Shown piece after piece: positions 11,512-18,136 of a stretch of DNA of 18,136 nucleotides. The notes beneath the pieces were generated by a model. The model saw only the letters and a program-made list of their open reading frames with translations, made no database searches and was not told the DNA's origin. The first letter of the stretch is position 1. Every line of letters starts with the position of its first letter. The stretch is from Paraspadella gotoi (taxonomy: Eukaryota > Animalia > Chaetognatha): positions 2,502 through 20,637 of the forward strand of contig JBJCIZ010000314.1 of assembly GCA_051294375.1 (NCBI GenBank), given 5' to 3'. Made by a program: the position numbers and the translations under genes.

Positions 11512-11735
11512 ATGAACTGTTCAATATAAACAGTCCCTGAGGCTTGCGGATTCAGCCATTAACACCGTGTTACAGGCCGGCGTTAAGGCGCCCCGTCCCT
11601 CTTAACTGAATAGGCGGCCACCGCGTGCTAGAATCCCGGACTCATTGGGTTGCGGAGGCGAATGGATCATGCCTCCAGCACCAATGACGCTGATGACACC
11701 GGTTGGTGGGATTTTAGTCACCATAACGGACATGT
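11512..11735 (-). ncRNA. Candidate structured RNA island A (left-arm copy of 13425-13630); family unknown
   Basis: Inverted copy. The CATTGG/CCAATG, GGAGGC/GCCTCC and GTTAAG/CTTAAC stems are retained. Confidence 0.35.
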
Positions 11736-12080
11736 TCAACTTTGCTTGTAAAGTCTTCATCAGCGCAATTGAAAAGACTATACAAGCAACCATTCGAAAA
11801 ACATGTCCCCGTTATTTCTATTTGGTTTGTCTAATAAAATTTTTGTTTGTAAAACAAAATACAAATTCTTCTTCTTCAAACAAATTATCCTAAACGCAAC
11901 CGAAAGAAAGATTTCACACCCAAATGGTTTTTTTCACATTGGTTAAAAATAATTCCGTGTTAAAAAATATTTTCCCTTAAACCACTTAGTATCCCGAATG
12001 TAATAAAATTGAAACTTATTTTGATTCCTTATTTTTTAAAAAAAATTATTTATTCTTAATATTAATTTTAAAAATTGTCT

Positions 12081-12174
12081 TATATGAGTGTCTGTGCGTG
12101 GTTGCGGATGGCGAATGGCCGCGGTTGACTCTCCAAATTTGAACGGGAGTGTGCGATTTTAGTCCACTCATATA
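12081..12174 (+). ncRNA. Candidate ~94 nt three-way-junction structure on the opposite strand to islands A-E
   Basis: Perfect 10-bp closing stem TATATGAGTG/CACTCATATA enclosing GGTTGCGG/CCGCGGTT and ACTCTC/GGGAGT. G-U pairs favour the + strand. Confidence 0.25.
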
Positions 12175-12512
12175 CCTAGATTTTAAAAAATTGAACCAAG
12201 CAAACCCACGGGTTTAGTTAATAATTGGTAAAAATTGTTTATGTAATTTTTTTTAAAAAAATTATTAAATTAAATTTATTTATTAAAATTATTTTTTATA
12301 ATATAGATTAATATTTAAATCGTTTCTTTAGATAAAGATCAGTATTTTTTTTGTTTTACAAGGATTTGTATAATGCGAGCTATTTCGTTCTTTATTATAA
12401 AAGTGATCTATTTAACCTTATTCATATTTCTTTTTTTTAATTTATTACTTTAATTTATTAATAATTATAAAAAAAGAAGCAAACCATTTTGTTTTGGTTA
12501 ATGTAATTTTAA

Positions 12513-12582
12513 TCACGCTCTTACAACTGTTAAAAGTAAATGGAATTTAAGATCTAANNNNNNNNNNNNNNNNNNNNNNNNN
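12513..12582. other. Fold-back centre: 45 nt unpaired sequence plus a 25-N gap (12558-12582)
   Basis: The symmetry axis of the inverted repeat coincides with an assembly gap, so no sequence spans the turn. Confidence 0.95.
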
Positions 12583-13424
12583 TTAAATCATTAACCCAAA
12601 ACAAAATGGTTGCTCTTTTTTTTATAAATTATTAATAAATTAAAGTAATAAATTAAAAAAGAAATATGAANNNNNNNNNNNNNNNNNNNNNNNNNNNNNN
12701 NNNNNNNNNNNNNNNNNNNNNNNNNNNNNNNNNNNNNNNNNNNNNNNNNNNNNNNNNNNNNNNNNNNNNNNNNNNNNNNNNNNNNNNNNNNNNNNNNNNN
12801 NNNNNNNNNNNNNNNNNNNNNNNNNNNNNNNNNNNNNNNNNNNNNNNNNNNNNNNNNNNNNNNNNNNNNNNNNNNNNNNNNNNNNNNNNNNNNNNNNNNN
12901 NNNNNNNNNNNNNNNNNNNNNNNNNNNNNNNNNNNNNNNNNNNNNNNNNNNNNNNNNNNNNNNNNNNNNNNNNNNNNNNNNNNNNNNNNNNNNNNNNNNN
13001 NNNNNNNNNNNNNNNNNNNNNNNNNNNNNNNNNNNNNNNNNNNNNNNNNNNNNNNNNNNNNNNNNNNNNNNNNNNNNNNNNNNNNNNNNCCAACCCAGAC
13101 ACTCTATAAAGACATTTTTAAAATTATATTAAGAATAATAATTTTTTTTAAAATAAGGAATCAATAAGTTTCAATTTTATTACATTCGGTCAAGTGGTTT
13201 AGGAAATATTTTTTACACGGATTATTTTTAACTGAAAAACATTGTGTGAAATCTTTCTTTCCGTAAAAAGCGTGTTTTAGATATTTGTTTGAAAGATAGG
13301 ACGACATTTGCTATTTTGTTTACAAACAAAATTTTATTAGAAACAAATAATAAACGGACATGTTTTCGAAATTGCTTGTATAGTCTTCAATTTGCGTGAG
13401 AAGACTTACAGCAAAGTTGAAACT

Positions 13425-13630
13425 CAGTCCGTATTGGTAGGACTAAATCCACAACGTTCATCAGCGGTCATTGGTGCTGGAGGCATATCATTCGCCTCCC
13501 AACCCAATGGTCCGGGATTCTAGCCCGGTGGCCGCCTATCAGTTAAGAGGGACGGGGCGCTTAACCCGCCTGTAACACGGTGTTACTGCCTGATCCGAAG
13601 CTCAGGGACTGTTTATATTGAACAGTTCTA
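13425..13630 (+). ncRNA. Candidate structured RNA island A; family unknown
   Basis: Stems GCGGT/GCCGC (13464/13531), CATTGG/CCAATG (13469/13504), GGAGGC/GCCTCC (13479/13494), CCGGG/CCCGG (13512/13524), GTTAAG/CTTAAC (13542/13560), GTAACA/TGTTAC (13572/13581), CCTGA/TCAGG (13589/13602), ACTGTT/AACAGT (13608/13621). Confidence 0.4.
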
Positions 13631-14005
13631 TCACAAACACAACAATGATTACTGTCTCTTCAAAATCATATTTTTTAAATTTTAAGAACGGAAAAAACTG
13701 AAAAACTTTTGTAAAATATGTTATATAATATTTTTAGGTTAAAGCTGCAAAAAATGACCAAAACGTTTAATCATATAATAGTTTTTATTACAAAACATAA
13801 AAAAGTGGAGAATGTGACTTTTTTTTTACGCTGAAGACATTAAAATCAGAATGTTTAATAAAAATTTTTAAAAAATTATTTTGAAAATTTATGATTTTAT
13901 AAGGATATTACTAGAGGCAATTCGGTTTCATGTTTACGATTTTTATTTCTGAGAAACGTATATGTTTCGGCTTTAATTTAGACAGATTTTTGTGAAAAAA
14001 GGGAG

Positions 14006-14190
14006 GAAGAGAGAGAGAGAGAGATAGAGAGAGAGAGATAGGGCAAAGTTTCCAACACAGAGTTGAGAAAGAAGTGGTCAAATGGTGAGGACAGGTTAAG
14101 AGTGAGGACAGATAGAGATTTTAGTTTTGAATAGGAAATGAAATGGTCAGAGTGAGAGAGATTGAGAGAGAGAGAGAGAGACAGAGAGAG
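14006..14190 (+). repeat. Two (GA)n microsatellites (~14006-14040 and ~14149-14190); mirror of the (CT)n tracts at ~10844-11100
   Basis: Seen directly. Confidence 0.9.
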
Positions 14191-14430
14191 AAAATAATAA
14201 TACATTTCAAAATGTACAACAAATAAAATTTTTTTTAAACTAAATAAACATGAAACCAAATTGCCTCTAATACCAAAAACAACGAAAAAGAAAGGTTATT
14301 ACCACTAAGGATATTATATAAATATACTATAATTAATGATACTATTCCCCAAACAATATAAGCAAAATATTTTTTTTACTCCTTAATCATACTACATCCT
14401 TGTTTGTTCACTCAAATAAAATTTATGTTC

Positions 14431-14724
14431 CCCAGTGCTCCACTCTACTACGCATGGCTGCAATGGCTGAGAGATCTGGGCGTCGACGTTGGAGACTACA
14501 ATCTTCCGAATGCTCCAGCGAGACTTCTGCGACACGCCGCGCCAATGGGCTGACCAGATGGAGCAGAGAGCATCGACATCGACACTGGAGTGATACTCCA
14601 GCTTGGGCTTCGCGTCCGGTGGATTCTTCTCCTCANNNNNNNNNNNNNNNNNNNNNNNNNGTAAACTCGAGAAGGACGAAGGTGCGAGTCAAGGGACGCG
14701 CCTCGCTTATTACTGGATGAACTC
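14431..14724 (+). ncRNA. Candidate structured RNA island B; family unknown
   Basis: Stems CCCAG/CTGGG (14431/14476), TGCTCCA/TGGAGCA (14511/14559), CTGGAGT/ACTCCAG (14585/14595), CGTCCGGTGG/TTACTGGATG (14613/14710, with G-U), TTCTTCTC/GAGAAGGA (14624/14669), GCGAG/CTCGC. Confidence 0.3.
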
Positions 14725-14734
14725 AATATTCCTC

Positions 14735-15192
14735 AATATTTCTCTCTCTCTCTATTTATCATACAACTACTAACAATATAGCAACAGAAAGCTCCCATAG
14801 CCGGTGATATTCACATTCATCGGGTTCAATCTTGAAAATGTTTTCAACAGTTGTCACACTTCATCTCACTTTCCCTCATAAAACATTCGTCTTTCACGTC
14901 AAATATCGTTCATCTACATTCATATCAGATTACACTCTATATATATCCACTACACGCATTTTTTACTCATGCGAGGTTTGTTATTATATTTAATCTCTCT
15001 CTTATATTTCTCTCTCTCTCTCAGCTTATCATAACAAACTACTGAACATTATATAAAACAGGAAGCTCGCCATAGCCGGTGATATTCACATGTCATCGGA
15101 GTTCAAATCTTGAAAATGTCTCAACAGTTGTCACCACTTCATCTCACTTCGCGTCATAAACTATTCGTCTTTTCACGTCAAATATCTGTCAT
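14735..15192 (+). repeat. Tandem duplication (~14735-14912 and ~15003-15192) of a segment that is single-copy in the left arm (~9945-10155)
   Basis: CATAGCCGGTGATATTCACAT, TCTTGAAAATGT, CAACAGTTGTCAC and TTTCACGTCAAATATC each occur twice about 270 nt apart. Confidence 0.9.
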
Positions 15193-15202
15193 ATTCGGTT
15201 AT

Positions 15203-15230
15203 GTTACTGTTACTGTTACTGTTACTGTTA
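15203..15230 (+). repeat. (GTTACT)n hexanucleotide microsatellite
   Basis: GTTACTGTTACTGTTACTGTTACTGTTA, with a degenerate mirror at ~9898-9930. Confidence 0.9.
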
Positions 15231-15624
15231 TGAGTAATTAGTTGCATTTAGTAATTACTCAGTGAGAGGTTTTGGTTACCGTCCCTTAGTTTATGTTGTC
15301 CATCATTGTTACATATTTAGTCAATTCTATCTCTATCTTAAATAATAATATGTGCTGGTCTTTGATTTTATTTTTAGCATAGGAGTAGTATATATACCAA
15401 GCCTTCATAGTTCATATGATATGGCAAAACTTTGAATACTTTTAAGCAGTAATAACGCCCTAAGACCGTTCATACTTTAAGACCGCTCGAGCTNNNNNNN
15501 NNNAGCTTGAAAAAAAAAAAGATTTAAGATTGCCAATCACAATTTTATAAAAATCTTAAATTTACCTTGCAGCTATTGATTTTTGGAAAGATGTCCCTTT
15601 TTTGAGTATCCTAATTAAATTAAA

Positions 15625-15960
15625 GCTGGGCCGGTTAAATTTTATACTATGGTATCAGCCGGGTTGCCTGTGATGCCCATTGGGATGGGGCATCTCACTG
15701 TTGGCTTTGGGGGCTTCCGACCCTCAGTGACGCCTCCAGTCACTGGCGCGGTTACCCTAGGACGGTCTCGCTTTGCCAACGAAGAGGGAAGTTGTTAGGA
15801 CTGTGGATGGAACACTACGTTTGGGATGGTGTGTTCCCCCTCTGAGCCAATGAATTTGGCTGAAGGATGGTGGACGTGAGGCGGTGTGAATATACCGCCA
15901 CAATACGACAGTTTTCGTAAGTACGTCATTCTCTTTAGATTTGAAAGGGCTTTCAGTAGA
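15625..15960 (+). ncRNA. Candidate structured RNA island D (~300 nt multibranched); family unknown
   Basis: Stems GATGCCC/GGGCATC (15672/15688), GTTGGC/GCCAAC (15700/15775), TTGGGGG/CCCTCAG (15707/15721), CAGTGAC/GTCACTG (15725/15739), AGAGGG/CCCTCT (15783/15838), GGAACAC/GTGTTCC (15809/15831), AGCCAA/TTGGCT (15845/15856), CTGAAG/TTTCAG (15860/15951), GACGT/ACGTC (15873/15923), GGCGGT/ACCGCC (15880/15894), TACGA/TCGTA (15904/15915), CTCTTT/AAAGGG (15931/15944). Confidence 0.45.
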
Positions 15961-16554
15961 TAATAATATTAATAATAAAAAAATTATAAATTCGTAGATA
16001 TTAATAAATAATTTATCGCGAANNNNNNNNNNNNNNNNNNNNNNNNNNNNNNNNNNNNNNNNNNNNNNNNNNNNNNNNNNNNNNNNNNNNNNNNNNNNNN
16101 NNNNNNNNNNNNNNNNNNNNNNNNNNNNNNNNNNNNNNNNNNNNNNNNNNNNNNNNNNNNNNNNNNNNNNNNNNNNNNNNNNNNNNNNNNNNNNNNNNNN
16201 NNNNNNNNNNNNNNNNNNNNNNNNNNNNNNNNNNNNNNNNNNNNNNNNNNNNNNNNNNNNNNNNNNNNNNNNNNNNNNNNNNNNNNNNNNGTAGGGTTTT
16301 TCCAAGTGAAAATTCAAAGTAAGCAGATCGTTTTATTTTCACTTAACCACACTGTTAAACTTTTAAACAAACATGTAACATTGTCAGCTTTTGGCAAAGG
16401 CTTTAAACATGTTGTTTTAAGCATATCACGGATTAGTATTCTGATGGATCCACTAATTTTCAAGTTTTGGAATTCAAATAGTTCAGGCAAAACGACGAAC
16501 GACAATGAAGACGAATACAACGACAAAGGCGACAACAAAGTCTTTCTACTTTAC

Positions 16555-16840
16555 GACCAATAGGGGTCAGCAAGAATGACCATTCGCCCCAAAGTTGGTT
16601 ATCCATTTCTTCTGTGCACCCTCAGCAGCAATTGAACACGTCCTGGACTTGCCACTAGGTTTGGGGGTTTTCCAAGCCCCCCAAGGCGGTTGACCGCCGT
16701 CCTCACGATTCCCGCCGGGTTGGTACCATTGGATATTGGGTACCTGATGGTCATGAGGTGATGGTATAACGCAATGATCTACCGAGTCACAACTGAAAGT
16801 GTAATGCTTGAACTTAAAGCAACGCCCAACTACAGATAGT
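16555..16840 (+). ncRNA. Candidate structured RNA island E; family unknown
   Basis: Stems GGTCA/TGACC (16565/16577), CCTGG/CTAGG (16642/16655), TTGGGGG/CCCCCAA (16661/16678), GGCGG/CCGCC (16685/16694), CCTCA/TGAGG (16701/16754), GGTACC/GGTACC (16722/16739), TGCTT/AAGCA (16805/16817). Confidence 0.35.
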
Positions 16841-17003
16841 GAAAGTAAAGAAAAATAGGAATAAATTATAAAGAAATATTGTCTCAGGATAACCAAGTAA
16901 AGGTAGCATATTCTTAGTTATATTTGGTTGTTTTACTTTTCATAGAAGTAATGAACCACGAGACCTTTTTTTAAGTAAGGATTGACGTTATCATGTGAAA
17001 ATG

Positions 17004-17277
17004 TCCTCCACCTGCACTTTGACCAGCGCTTGCATAGTAGTGACGAATTAGTATCTATAGTCCATTATTATGATATCATCATGCATATAAGCACCGATAC
17101 AAGTATTAAACTAATTAACTATGGTACCATGTACAAACAGCTTTTCTATAAATGACAAACTTGTACTTAAATACACTGTTAGCTTGCTTGATAGCTTGAT
17201 TTATATCGTTTTCATTATTTAATATTTTTTCATCAGATAAACAACTGACAAATAAAATTTAAATTCCATTTCATTCA
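17004..17277 (+). repeat. Direct-orientation, noisy copy of 7470-7787, followed by a 100-N gap (17278-17377)
   Basis: Same anchors as 7470-7787. Orientation switches at 17003/17004 without a gap. Confidence 0.85.
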
Positions 17278-17428
17278 NNNNNNNNNNNNNNNNNNNNNNN
17301 NNNNNNNNNNNNNNNNNNNNNNNNNNNNNNNNNNNNNNNNNNNNNNNNNNNNNNNNNNNNNNNNNNNNNNNNNNNNNATATTAAAATTTTAAAAAGTAAT
17401 ATAATTTTTGCTTAACCTTTTTAGCTCT

Positions 17429-18109
17429 ATCAGAATCAATTAAAAAAATTTAAAATAAAAAAAAATTGTTTTATATTATATGATTTTATTAAGATATTAC
17501 TACATAATTTAATTGATTATACTGTTATGTTAAAAAATGTTTTAAAGTATTTAAAATTTATTAATTATATGTCCATAGGCAGTACCCTATTGTGCAGTAA
17601 TAATAATTTTTTTTTTTTAATTATTTTTTTTTATTATTTGTTAAAAATTATTTGTTATCATAAATCCAATAAAATATTTAAAATTCTTAAAAATAATATG
17701 TTTAAAGAGTAATTTTAAAAAAAATTAAAGATATTTAAATATTATAATTTTTTAATATTTTTTATAGTTATTTTTATATTAATGATTAGGTAATAATTAT
17801 AAAATTATTATAATTAATATAAAAATTATTTTTTATCTAATAAATAAATTTTCTTTTTAATTTTGGATAGGTTCTGGTGGTTTAAAGCTTGTATCACTTT
17901 TATAAAATAATAACATAAGGTTAAGATTAAATTAAGATTAAATTAAGTTAAGAAACCGTGACAATTTTTTTTCCATCATGGTATATCATTTTCCATTGAA
18001 TAAAAACTAAATTCCACCCGCTCTTTCTGCCGTCATTACATCGTCGTAGACTTTACATTGTCTTCGTATCTCCCTCTCCTTTTTAGGACCTTGTACTGTA
18101 GCATCATCG
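17429..18109 (+). repeat. Terminal direct repeat, copy 2
   Basis: Colinear with 1-609, with an extra ~65 bp at ~17481-17545 and an extra 5 bp (CTGTA) near 18096. Confidence 0.95.
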
Positions 18110-18136
18110 ATCGTGGTAAGCATAACTAACTTCCTT

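Larger units (their letters stand above)
7791..12512 (+). repeat. Left arm of giant inverted repeat (insertion-rich copy)
   Basis: Reverse complement of 12583-17003. Examples: 7791-7800 CATTTTCACA vs 16994-17003 TGTGAAAATG; 11514-11537 vs ~13605-13628; 12421-12512 vs 12583-12670. Confidence 0.97.
12583..17003 (-). repeat. Right arm of giant inverted repeat, interrupted by N gaps (12671-13089, 14636-14660, 15494-15503, 16023-16290)
   Basis: Colinear reverse complement of 7791-12512 across all gaps. Confidence 0.97.

Noticed and set aside
11690-11712. CTGATGA followed by a CACC/GGTG hairpin as a hammerhead core
   Set aside because: It is followed by GGAT rather than GAAA, and the stem is not retained in the other arm.
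11602-11793. VIGAGG Rossmann-like motif
   Set aside because: The GxGxxG pattern is incomplete and the flanking frame differs between arms.
13542-13575. GTTAAGAGGGA...CTGTAA resembling a cobalamin riboswitch
   Set aside because: The intervening helices and B12 box are absent, there is no downstream gene, and the context is eukaryote-like.
15065-15113. tRNA- or SINE-like A box and B box (TAGCCGGTG ... GTTCAAATC)
   Set aside because: The box spacing is too short for a tRNA, there is no cloverleaf, and the three copies disagree.
16306-16563. 85-aa ORF with a D/N/E-rich patch
   Set aside because: No identifiable family, and the left-arm copy is frameshifted, so it is unsupported without blastx.
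17578-17604. GGCAGTACCCTATTGTGCAGTAATAAT resembling mitochondrial large-subunit rRNA
   Set aside because: The expected downstream conserved motifs are absent, and copy 1 lacks part of the match.
18008-18135. Minus-strand peptide RKLVMLTTIDDATVQGPKKEREIRRQCKVYDDVMTAERAGGI, vaguely piggyBac-like
   Set aside because: Too short, stops before any catalytic Asp, and is frameshifted in copy 1.

Overview
AT-rich, microsatellite-rich and probably eukaryotic draft scaffold with eight N gaps; the host cannot be identified from the sequence. No protein-coding gene, rRNA, tRNA or CRISPR array can be supported. The supplied ORFs are low-complexity or N-spanning, or are not preserved between duplicated copies. 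The layout is dominated by duplications: (i) a near-identical direct repeat at both ends (1-609 and 17429-18109); (ii) a ~4.5-5 kb fold-back inverted repeat (7791-12512 vs 12583-17003) whose arms differ mostly by 1-2 nt indels, which points to noisy long-read or gap-filling artefact; (iii) the adjoining ~320 bp block (7470-7787) repeated in flipped orientation at 17004-17277; and (iv) several tandem duplications and minisatellites. The most interesting biological signal lies inside the duplicated unit: five GC-rich islands of about 120-350 nt separated by AT-rich spacers. They are densely packed with nested helices, and their G-U pairs all point to the same strand (minus in the left arm, plus in the right arm). 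Two of them share four small modules in circularly permuted order. I could not assign them to a known RNA family. All stems were found by eye on error-prone sequence, so they need computational confirmation.
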